NCBI GenBank assembly: GCA_023443095.1
Contig: JAEZVV010000071.1
Span: 10,525 to 74,524, forward strand
Direction of reading: 5' to 3'
DNA: 64,000 nucleotides
From: Pseudomonadota bacterium
GTDB lineage: Bacteria > Pseudomonadota > Gammaproteobacteria > Burkholderiales > Burkholderiaceae_F
Position numbers and translations under genes: made by a program. The notes below the pieces were generated by a model. The model searched no databases. It had not been told where the DNA came from and saw only the letters and a program-made list of their open reading frames with translations. Shown piece after piece: positions 9,643 through 18,410 of the stretch (position 1 is its first letter; each line of letters opens with the position of its first letter).

Positions 9643-11367
9643 ATGCTTCCCCGTGAAAAGGCCAAATTTCCTGCTCTTCTGCGAGCGTTGCAGGGGGTCG
9701 TCCGCGCAGGGAAAACGCCAGAGCGTGTAGTCGCGGCCGTACTCAATGCAGTGTTGGATGAGCGTTACCCGCTGTTGGTTCGGTTGACTAGCAGCAAAGC
9801 TGTTCAGTCGCACCCGGCGGTGGCGAATTTTGTGCGCTGGCTTGTGCCCATGAATGTTGCCGAGATCGGTTTTTGGGTGAGTTCCGCGTACGCGCAGTTG
9901 GTTCTGCCCGAGTTTCGGCGGAAGCGGGCCATGTTCTTTACACCACCGATGATGGGCGAACGACTCCTCGACCAGATGGAGCGGGCTGGCGTGAACTGGG
10001 GAGCGGCACGCGTGATCGACATTGCCTGCGGTGGCGCCGCCTTCTTGGCGCCTGCGGGGTTGCGCATGGCGCAGCGGGTCGCGGCGACCGGCGCCACTGC
10101 CAATCAGGTGCTGGTCCATGTTGAGAGCCACCTGCACGGGATCGAGATCGAGCGCTTTCTCGCGAAGCTGTCGGTCACCTTTGTCGGCATGGCGCTCTAC
10201 CCGTGGATCGTCGCAGCAGGCCGGTTGCCGAAGCTCAGGGTCATCGTTGGGAACGCTATGGGGCGCCCTGCCATCCTGTCGGAGCGCTTTGATGCCGTGA
10301 TCTGCAATCCGCCTTACCGCAAGCTCACGAGTGAGGAAGCCGCCGAGCTTCCGGCCAAGCTCCAGCGGTTGGTCTACTTTCAACCGAACCTGTACAACAT
10401 GTTCATGGCCCGGTCGCTGAACCTGCTTTCTCCGATGGGTGTCGCTGGCCTGCTGACACCGATGAGCTTCCTTTCGGGGCGTTCATTTGTCCCACTGCGG
10501 CAGCATCTTGCGACCCAGCGGCGAGTAGCGAGCATCGACATCGTTGAACAGCGGCTCGGAGTCTTCCTGGGTGTGCAGCAGGACACGGCAATCAGCACCT
10601 TTGCCCCTCTTCTAAATCGCCCGACGCGGACCAAGGTGTTTGCCGCGAGTAGCGACCAGCGGTGGCACTCCGCCGGCAAGGTCGTCCTGCAGGCCACTGG
10701 CGCGCCGTGGGTGCTCCCCCGCAATGCGGACGACGCTACGCTTATCGCTCACAGCAACGGGCAGCGTCTCGCCGACTACGGCTACGAGCCCTGCATCGGC
10801 GACGTAGTCCCGCTCCGAGAGACGCGAGCCTTGTATGCAAGCCACGCTGAAGCCAAAGCGGCCGGAGTCAAGCATGCGGTGCCAATGCTGCGTGCCGCCG
10901 AGATTCGCTCCGACGGTAGCCTCGCATTCCCACGCGCAGGGCGCTCAGACTGCTTCCTTGACGCCAGCAGCAATGCTCAGGGGGTAATTCGGCTTCCGTG
11001 CGTGGCGCTTCATCGTGTCAGTTCGACGGACCAACGGCGGCGATTCGTGGCGGCCCCCGTGCCCATTGAGTTGCAGCAAACTCATGACGGAGTGATCGGA
11101 GAGAATCACGTCATCTTTCTGACCGCCACACGGCCGGATGCGCTTGCGCCGGACCTCTTGGTGCGCATCCTTGGCTCTGAGCCTGTGGATCGGATGTTCC
11201 GCTGTCGCTCTGGATCGGCCAACGTGTCCACCTACGAGCTGTCGCACCTGCCCATGCCTGATGCCTCGCTAGTGGAGCAGGCGCTGGCAGCCGGAGCCGA
11301 CATTGATACGGCGGTGCTCCGAGGTTACGGCATCGACTCGACCAATCATCAAGGCGCGCCACTATGA
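9643..11367 (+). CDS. N6-adenine DNA methyltransferase (gamma class, Eco57I/N6_Mtase-like), DrmMI-like
   Basis: Motif I VIDIACGGAAF and motif IV VICNPPY. About 250 aa of C-terminal region is a putative target-recognition domain. The stop overlaps the next start (ATGA). Confidence 0.85.
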   Translation: MLPREKAKFPALLRALQGVVRAGKTPERVVAAVLNAVLDERYPLLVRLTSSKAVQSHPAVANFVRWLVPMNVAEIGFWVSSAYAQLVLPEFRRKRAMFFTPPMMGERLLDQMERAGVNWGAARVIDIACGGAAFLAPAGLRMAQRVAATGATANQVLVHVESHLHGIEIERFLAKLSVTFVGMALYPWIVAAGRLPKLRVIVGNAMGRPAILSERFDAVICNPPYRKLTSEEAAELPAKLQRLVYFQPNLYNMFMARSLNLLSPMGVAGLLTPMSFLSGRSFVPLRQHLATQRRVASIDIVEQRLGVFLGVQQDTAISTFAPLLNRPTRTKVFAASSDQRWHSAGKVVLQATGAPWVLPRNADDATLIAHSNGQRLADYGYEPCIGDVVPLRETRALYASHAEAKAAGVKHAVPMLRAAEIRSDGSLAFPRAGRSDCFLDASSNAQGVIRLPCVALHRVSSTDQRRRFVAAPVPIELQQTHDGVIGENHVIFLTATRPDALAPDLLVRILGSEPVDRMFRCRSGSANVSTYELSHLPMPDASLVEQALAAGADIDTAVLRGYGIDSTNHQGAPL

Positions 11368-14195
11368 ACGCGTGGCAGAACGGCCGAGGTGGGCGTGACA
11401 ATCTGCCGCGTCGGCTGAAAGACCGCGAGGCTGCATTGAAGCGTCAGAGGGAACTGGCCTCACGCTCTGGTGTGCGACGCAAGGTGCCGCCGGACATGCC
11501 AGCAGATGTTGCCAAAACATCTGCGGTCGAGGCGCCGGCACCAAACCAAGCGCCCGAAGTCATGCTGGCGGGACAGCCGATTCTGTCGCTGCTGACCGAG
11601 GGCAAAGGCAAGCCGTTACCACAGCATTTGACGGCGGCCCTGACCGAAGCGGTCGATGCCTATTTGCGTGCTGCCCAATCCGGTACGCGCGAGCTGCTGC
11701 TTCTGTGGCCGGGATCGCTTACTTGTCTGCCCCTTATTCACTCCATTGCCACCCTCGAACGGTGGGCCAATGGCTACAAGCTAGGTTTCCGGGCCGCGCT
11801 CTACCCGGCCACCAAGGCTTCGTTCCGGGAGCTCAACCACCTGTTCGTAGATCGCGACGAAATCGACGCCATGCACGTGGACGTGCAGTCTGTGAGCAAC
11901 CCGCCGGGCGCTCTGTCCAAAGAGCGTTGCGACGAGAAGGACCTCATGTTCTACGCCCTCAACAGCATGCGGGCGGAAGCAGTGACGGAGGGTCTGCAGC
12001 CGTGCCTCAACGAACTGCTGCCGCACTTTGACATCGTGACCGGCGAGTGGACTGAAATTGCAAAGCTCAACTATGGCCGCCACTACCTTGACCACCTCTC
12101 GAAAAAGCTGAAGCGACTCGCCTACAAGCGTGACCTGCGAGAGCGTGTGCTGCCCGTGCTAGGGCAGGCTCAGACGGTGCCTGACGCCATCTTTGGGCTG
12201 TCGCACAAGATGAATAAGCGTCAGATCGAGGACGCTCTCAAAAACCTGAAAAGGTTGGGCTCGCTGAATGTCATCCTGCTTGATGCGACCCGGTCGTCGT
12301 TCGCTCGCACCGAGAAGCTGATGCGCCGAATCGGCGCCGTGCTTGCGTTGATTGACGAGGTGTTTGGCGCCAAGGGACCAGGTGTGCTGATCTTTACAAA
12401 CGACGCTCGGCAAATGTTGATGCTGCGTGCAGCGCTGAATCGTGAAGAGGCGCGCCACAACTTTCGCATTGGTCCGACGCGGGGCCTGTGCCAGCGTGAT
12501 AACAACCTCGGCTTGCAGCCGCAGCCCTATCAGCCTCCGGTTGCCCCAGCACCGAGTGTCATTAGCGTCGAGATCACCGACCGGGAATCGGCGAGGCTCC
12601 TAAACCAAGCCTTTCGAATGGGGCGCGATCTCGCAAGCTTCGAGCCGGCGGCCGCCGCGTTGCAGTCTGCCGCGAAGCACCTGCAGACAATGGTCAATCT
12701 GCCAGCCTCGGCCGGGGTGTTGCACGGCTGGCTCAACGAGACGCATGCCGACAGCGAACAGAGGCGACATTTCGACTGGATCGACTATCGTGCCCGGCTA
12801 CGGAACGCCGCAAAGGAAGTGCCCATTGAATTGGCGGCCCGCCTTGCCGAGTGGGCCGATGTCGCCGACAAGCTTCTACGCGCTCACGAGGACGGCACTC
12901 CACTCGCGCGAGCATTGGTGTCACGCATCAAGCTCCGCGCCGGGAACGACGCTCGGGTGCTGGTGCTGACAGTCAACCCGTTCTACGCCAAGCTTGCTTC
13001 CCAGTTCTTCCACGCCGACCCGGCCAACGAACCGCTGCGAGACCGAGTCCGCTTTATCGGCGTTACCCACCTCCGGCCGCAAGTGGAGACAGGGTGGGCC
13101 ACGCACGTTGTCGCCTGTGCGCTGTCGCCCGAGCTGCTGCGGTGGACGGTCACCACACCAACCCTACCGGGTCCGCTGGACTTTCTCCTTACCCAACAGA
13201 GCGCGGTCAGCGCGAACTATGCGCTAGAACCGGTACTTCAGCACCCGAGCTTCGCCCCGTACTTCGAGCGTGTGCGGGCGATTTGCGGCCCCATCGCAGC
13301 CGTGCGGGGCCTGCTGACCGGTATCCCGCCCGGTCACGACTACGAGCCGCCACTCATCACCCTGCCGCCGAAAGGCTCCGATGGAGAAGGGAGCAGCGGG
13401 AGTGACGACGGCGAGCGCTGGCCGACCGACTACGTGGACATCGTGCTCGACGATGGTCGCCACATCCAGCGCGGGCGCGGCGCGCGGGTCTATGTCTACG
13501 ACCCGTCCGCCCGGGACAGTCGCACCATGGGCTTCCGCGCGGCACACGCTGAGGAGTTGCGCCCGGGCTGGCTACTTTTCGTCATGTCGGACGAGTTGCG
13601 CGATGCGGCGGAAGCGACCTTTGCGCTAGCAGGCATTACCTTCGCCGAAGCAAACCGCTACGAACAGATACTGCGGCTCTACCACGCGCAAGTGCGCCTC
13701 GCGGTGCAGGCCCGATTCCCCGGCTGCAACGTCGCTGACGCTGCGCGCGGCATTCACGGCGCCATGATCGCGCTCGATCCGAAGGCGAAGACAGTTTCGG
13801 CCACAAACATTCGGTACTGGATCAACCTGAAGCGGGCCGAGGACACGCCTTACGTTGATTTGATGCCACAGGCACCACGGCATCAGGAGACCTTTAGGCT
13901 GTTCATGATGGCGCTGGGTTTCGACGCAAAGGACATCAACAACTTCTGGCAGGGCGCAGTGCGCCCGGTACGCGGTAGCCGCATCTCCGATGGGCAGAAC
14001 CTGATCGACCACTACGCTCGGGTGTTGTTCGATCCGGAAGCGGCGGCTGCATACGACCGCCTCACCCCAGCCATGCTGGACAGCCTGCGCGCCAACGTGC
14101 TGCACAACGTCGCCGAGGTGGTCGAGGCGCGCCTTGTAGTTGTCGCGCCTCCTACGGAAGACGACGAGCCAAAAATCGCTGCGAATTTCGCCTGA
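11364..14195 (+). CDS. 943-aa DISARM-associated protein of unknown function (occupies the DrmD/DrmE position)
   Basis: Long ORF translationally coupled to the MTase gene. No Walker A, DEAH, HKD or nuclease motif was seen. It has only faint helicase-like segments (LLLLWPGSL, VILLDATRSSF, VLIFTNDARQML). Confidence 0.8.
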   Translation: MNAWQNGRGGRDNLPRRLKDREAALKRQRELASRSGVRRKVPPDMPADVAKTSAVEAPAPNQAPEVMLAGQPILSLLTEGKGKPLPQHLTAALTEAVDAYLRAAQSGTRELLLLWPGSLTCLPLIHSIATLERWANGYKLGFRAALYPATKASFRELNHLFVDRDEIDAMHVDVQSVSNPPGALSKERCDEKDLMFYALNSMRAEAVTEGLQPCLNELLPHFDIVTGEWTEIAKLNYGRHYLDHLSKKLKRLAYKRDLRERVLPVLGQAQTVPDAIFGLSHKMNKRQIEDALKNLKRLGSLNVILLDATRSSFARTEKLMRRIGAVLALIDEVFGAKGPGVLIFTNDARQMLMLRAALNREEARHNFRIGPTRGLCQRDNNLGLQPQPYQPPVAPAPSVISVEITDRESARLLNQAFRMGRDLASFEPAAAALQSAAKHLQTMVNLPASAGVLHGWLNETHADSEQRRHFDWIDYRARLRNAAKEVPIELAARLAEWADVADKLLRAHEDGTPLARALVSRIKLRAGNDARVLVLTVNPFYAKLASQFFHADPANEPLRDRVRFIGVTHLRPQVETGWATHVVACALSPELLRWTVTTPTLPGPLDFLLTQQSAVSANYALEPVLQHPSFAPYFERVRAICGPIAAVRGLLTGIPPGHDYEPPLITLPPKGSDGEGSSGSDDGERWPTDYVDIVLDDGRHIQRGRGARVYVYDPSARDSRTMGFRAAHAEELRPGWLLFVMSDELRDAAEATFALAGITFAEANRYEQILRLYHAQVRLAVQARFPGCNVADAARGIHGAMIALDPKAKTVSATNIRYWINLKRAEDTPYVDLMPQAPRHQETFRLFMMALGFDAKDINNFWQGAVRPVRGSRISDGQNLIDHYARVLFDPEAAAAYDRLTPAMLDSLRANVLHNVAEVVEARLVVVAPPTEDDEPKIAANFA

Positions 14196-14231
14196 AACGG
14201 CGCTCTACTTCAACCGATCCTCCCGCGCGCT

Positions 14232-17200
14232 ATGCCAACTGTTCGTAGCAACCCCGACGCCATCGCCACGTCGCTCAAGGAGGCGGTCGCCGACGCCCTT
14301 GGCAACATCGTCTTCGGTCACAGTTCCGGTAGCGGCGAATTCGGGGTCGCTGTCTACGGCGCACAGCCAAGCCGGCTGTTTGTCTCCGGCTTCCTCTTGC
14401 CCCAACGGGAGACTGACGACGGCGACGAGGTAACGAGCCCGATCTGGATTTCCTCGCACGGCCTCGACCTGCAGGTTGCCGCCCACGGCACAGGGACGAT
14501 CACGCTGCAGCCGCGCTTCGCCGTATACCTGCGGGTGTTTCCAACGGCTGCCGACCTGCTGCGTCCGGACTGCGCACTTCGCTTACCGCAGCTCAATGCG
14601 GCCGTGCGAGGGCAGTTGGCTGCGGTCTATCGAACTGCCTTAGCCGCGCGCTGGGCGACGCTGCAGAGCAAGTACGCAACGCGCAGCAAGTGCCCGCAGT
14701 GGAAAGACATCCAAGCCGAGGAATACGCAAAGGCGTGCAAGCAACTGGGCGTGCCTGATTGCGACTGGATGCAGCCGCAGGCGCTGGAGGCGCAGGCGGC
14801 ACCGCCGCCGGAGAACAATGCCGAAAATGAAGGCGGCGCGCAGGAGATGGCTGCTGCTGGCGGGGCGAAGAGCTTCGAATTCGATGCGGCCAGTGACGCC
14901 CTCTTCGAAGTGGTCGAACCTCCGCCCAAGTGGCTCCGCCTAGAAATGGAGCCGCCGCCTCTAACGCTCGATCCGTATGCAGCGCCGGATGTGCGTGCCG
15001 CCGCCATCGAGGCGAACGAGGCGGCAATGGAACAGTACGTGCAGCATCGCATCGCGGCGTGGCTCGCCGACACCGATCCGATCACAGGCGGCGCGCTGTG
15101 GGTGTTCCGCAAGGGCGAGACGGTGAAGGCGTCCGAGCGCGTCAACTGGGACGCCTACCTCGCCGCCATGCGGGCGCGCAATGCCGACCCCTACGTCCCC
15201 GAGATCAAGCCCTGCTGGGACATCGACGTGGTCGTGGACTACACCGACCCGACCCGCTTCAACCTGCACCTTGCTCTGGAGAACCACAGCACGCCGGTGG
15301 TCCGTGGCAGCGACCGGATCGAGCACGCGCTGTTCCAGACCGAAGTCGAGGTGTACCTGCCGGTCGCCACGCACCGCAGCCTCCGGCTTGACCGGGTGGA
15401 GCCGTCCTACCGCTACAACCGCTACCTCACATACCCGGCCCTAGGCTTCAACGGCAGCGTGGAGGAGTTGGCGACCGACGAAGGCTACAAGCGCCTGCGC
15501 ACGACGTGGGCGCCGCGCTTCGTGCAGCCGCGCGTGCGTCCGCTCCCATATCCGGGCGTGGTGTGCGGGCTGCGGGCGTTGGCTACGGCCCCGGACCTCT
15601 CCGGACTCTCACCGCTCGTGACCGAGTTCCAGAAGTGGATCGCGGAGCTGCCTGCTCGTATCGACCCCACGGCTGGCGCGCGGGACGCGGCCGAGGCCAA
15701 GCGCGAGCAAGAGGCGTTCGCGGCCCACATCAAGGCGTGGACGCTGGAGTCCGAGGCCATCGCCGCCGGTATTGCGATCCTCGAAGAGTCGCGCGTCCAA
15801 TGGAGTGCGCCCGGCCCGCAGGCCGATCCCAAGGGCATTCCGTACGAAGCGTGGCAAGCCATGAACGAGACCATGGCCAACCTGATGCAGCGCCAGCGAG
15901 GCGACGACAACGGCCAGTGGTACCTGTTCCAATTGGCGTTCATCCTCGCTTCGCTGCCGGCGGTGGTTACCCGGATGCCGGAGTTCCGCCACCACTACAA
16001 CCCGAAGCGCGACGACAGTGTGACGCTGCTCTACTTCAGCACCGGCGGCGGCAAGTCGGAAGCGTTCTTCGGCTTGCTCGCCTTCACCCTGTTCTTCGAC
16101 CGGCTGCGCGGCAAGACGTTTGGTGTGACCGCGCTCGTGCGCTACCCGCTCCGACTTCTGACCGTGAACCAGTCGCAGCGGATGGCGCGCATGCTGGCGC
16201 AGGCCGAGCAGGTGCGGGCGGCCCGCCACTACCCCGGTGCGCCGTTCGCCATCGGTTTCTGGGTCGGCAGCGGCAGCACACCCAACCACCACAACGACCG
16301 AGGCGTGAAGGACGTGCCGTTCGTGGACGAGGTAAAGGTTTCCGAAGCCAAGCTGATGGACGCCAACGCTCACTACGCCGCCGCGCGGAAGGCTTGGCGC
16401 AAGCTGCCGCACTGCCCGTTCTGCGGCGGAGAGACCGGCCTGCGGCGCCTGCGCGACGCCGATGGTGGCACGCTGGCCCACGTGTGCTTCAACGCCAAGT
16501 GCTTCTCCCAGCGTAACGGACTGGGCACACCGCTGCCGTTCTACATCTGCGACGAAGACATCTACGACCTCGCGCCGGCGGTGGTCTTGGGTACCGTCGA
16601 TAAGCTGGCGATGATCGGCCACAGTGCGACCACGCTGCGCCAGGTGCTTGCGATGTTTGGCGCCGCGCCGTGGCGCCACGTCACCACTGGACGCCTGCAC
16701 ATGCCGACGTTGAAGCATCTCGCTGACGGGCCCGGCGCACACGGCTACGAGGCTGTTCACCCGTGCTACGCCGGCGGGGTAAAACTCTTCCACGACCCGC
16801 AGCCGGCGCTGATCGTGCAGGACGAAGCGCACCTCTTGGACGAGTCGCTGGGTAGCTTCTCCGGTCTCTTCGAGTCGGCGCTCGACGCCGTGTTTTCTGA
16901 GCTTGCAAAGGCGCAGCGCGGGGTCATTGCGACTGACGCCCACGGCAAGCGCCGCCGGGCCAAGGTGATCGCCGCCTCGGCCACTGTGGCTGACCCTGAG
17001 CGGCAGTTGCAGCACCTTTACCAGCGCCACATTCCGGCCACACAGTTCCCGCACCCGGGCCCGGACATCTACAGCTCGTTCTACGCCGGACCGCAACCGC
17101 CGGATGAGGTGGGCCGCGCCGCGCTCCCGGCCGACCTCGTCGAACTGCGGGCGAAGACCGGCCGTTTTTACCGCGCAATCATGACTAACGGGCGGCCGCA

Positions 17201-18410
17201 CACCGCGACCTCCGTAACCGTGCTGGCGACCTTCCACTCCATTGTCACCAGTCTGCTGGGACAACTCCTCCCGGACGATCCGACCGAGCACGCGGCGGCG
17301 CGCGACCTCCTGCTGCGCCACCTGTCGCCGGCGGTGACTGAGACGTTCCTGCGGGACGCGCTGCAGGCGTCCACCGCCAGCGAACTGGCAACTCTGATCG
17401 ACCTGCACCGGGTCGCCCTTACCTACGTCACCAACAAGAAGGGCGGCGACCAGATACAAGCGGCCGAGGCGGAGGAGACGCGCAAGCGCCATGCTGCTCT
17501 GCAGTTGCCCTTCAATGGGCTGCGCGCAGAGCTGATCACCGGCTCAGTCGATCAGGGCGCGATCAACAACACGGTCGAGGCCACACGCAACCGGCCCGAC
17601 CCAGGGCAGCCGTTCCGACCGCTCGACGGTGAGTTGCGCTCCATCGTCGCGACCTCCGCTATTTCGCACGGCGTGGACATCGAGGAACTGAACTCGATGT
17701 TCTTCGCCGGCCTCCCCTCGGACGTAGCTGAGTACATCCAAGCCTCATCTCGGATCGGCCGCAGCCACGTCGGCTTTTCGCTCCTGATCCCGACGCCGCA
17801 GCGCCGCCGCGACCGCTACGTGGTGGAGGTGTTCGACATCTTCCACCGCTTCTTGGAACGGATGGTGAAGCCGGCCGCCATCGACCGTTGGGCCGAGCGG
17901 GCAGTGTTGCGGGTCCTGCCGAGCTTCTTCCAGTCGGCGGTGTGCGGCGCCATTGCGCTGGGCGAACTGATGACCCTGCCGGACGACGAAAAGGGCAAGT
18001 GGCGGCTGTTGCAATACGTGGCGCAGGTGCTCGACCTGCACGCACAGGACAAGAAGGCGTTCGAGGACATGGTGACCGACTTCATCGAGTTGGCAATTGG
18101 CCTCACCGACAACTTCGCGCCCGACGGCAAGGAGCACTACCAGCGCATGGTGCGCGAGAACATCCGCTCGTTCTTGGACGAGATGCGCATGGGGGCCTAC
18201 AAGAACACAGCCGTCTTCAACTATTTCAACGACCAGAATGTGCTGCGTCGGCCAATGACCTCGCTGCGCGACGTGGATGAAGCCGGCACTCTGCGCCGGG
18301 GCGGCAGCGACGAGAATCCCGACGGTCGCGGCCGGTTGCACGACGCGCAGGTCATCGCCGTCATGGACTTCATCCGTTACGGCACGGCCAAGGCAGGAGA
18401 AAGCGAATGA
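14232..18410 (+). CDS. drmA: DrmA-like superfamily-2 DEAH helicase
   Basis: Walker A STGGGKSEAF, DEAH box IVQDEAHLL and motif VI SSRIGRSHVG. A CxxC...CxxxC zinc-ribbon insert lies at 16413-16502. The gene is followed by a DUF1998 gene. Confidence 0.85.
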   Translation: MPTVRSNPDAIATSLKEAVADALGNIVFGHSSGSGEFGVAVYGAQPSRLFVSGFLLPQRETDDGDEVTSPIWISSHGLDLQVAAHGTGTITLQPRFAVYLRVFPTAADLLRPDCALRLPQLNAAVRGQLAAVYRTALAARWATLQSKYATRSKCPQWKDIQAEEYAKACKQLGVPDCDWMQPQALEAQAAPPPENNAENEGGAQEMAAAGGAKSFEFDAASDALFEVVEPPPKWLRLEMEPPPLTLDPYAAPDVRAAAIEANEAAMEQYVQHRIAAWLADTDPITGGALWVFRKGETVKASERVNWDAYLAAMRARNADPYVPEIKPCWDIDVVVDYTDPTRFNLHLALENHSTPVVRGSDRIEHALFQTEVEVYLPVATHRSLRLDRVEPSYRYNRYLTYPALGFNGSVEELATDEGYKRLRTTWAPRFVQPRVRPLPYPGVVCGLRALATAPDLSGLSPLVTEFQKWIAELPARIDPTAGARDAAEAKREQEAFAAHIKAWTLESEAIAAGIAILEESRVQWSAPGPQADPKGIPYEAWQAMNETMANLMQRQRGDDNGQWYLFQLAFILASLPAVVTRMPEFRHHYNPKRDDSVTLLYFSTGGGKSEAFFGLLAFTLFFDRLRGKTFGVTALVRYPLRLLTVNQSQRMARMLAQAEQVRAARHYPGAPFAIGFWVGSGSTPNHHNDRGVKDVPFVDEVKVSEAKLMDANAHYAAARKAWRKLPHCPFCGGETGLRRLRDADGGTLAHVCFNAKCFSQRNGLGTPLPFYICDEDIYDLAPAVVLGTVDKLAMIGHSATTLRQVLAMFGAAPWRHVTTGRLHMPTLKHLADGPGAHGYEAVHPCYAGGVKLFHDPQPALIVQDEAHLLDESLGSFSGLFESALDAVFSELAKAQRGVIATDAHGKRRRAKVIAASATVADPERQLQHLYQRHIPATQFPHPGPDIYSSFYAGPQPPDEVGRAALPADLVELRAKTGRFYRAIMTNGRPHTATSVTVLATFHSIVTSLLGQLLPDDPTEHAAARDLLLRHLSPAVTETFLRDALQASTASELATLIDLHRVALTYVTNKKGGDQIQAAEAEETRKRHAALQLPFNGLRAELITGSVDQGAINNTVEATRNRPDPGQPFRPLDGELRSIVATSAISHGVDIEELNSMFFAGLPSDVAEYIQASSRIGRSHVGFSLLIPTPQRRRDRYVVEVFDIFHRFLERMVKPAAIDRWAERAVLRVLPSFFQSAVCGAIALGELMTLPDDEKGKWRLLQYVAQVLDLHAQDKKAFEDMVTDFIELAIGLTDNFAPDGKEHYQRMVRENIRSFLDEMRMGAYKNTAVFNYFNDQNVLRRPMTSLRDVDEAGTLRRGGSDENPDGRGRLHDAQVIAVMDFIRYGTAKAGESE

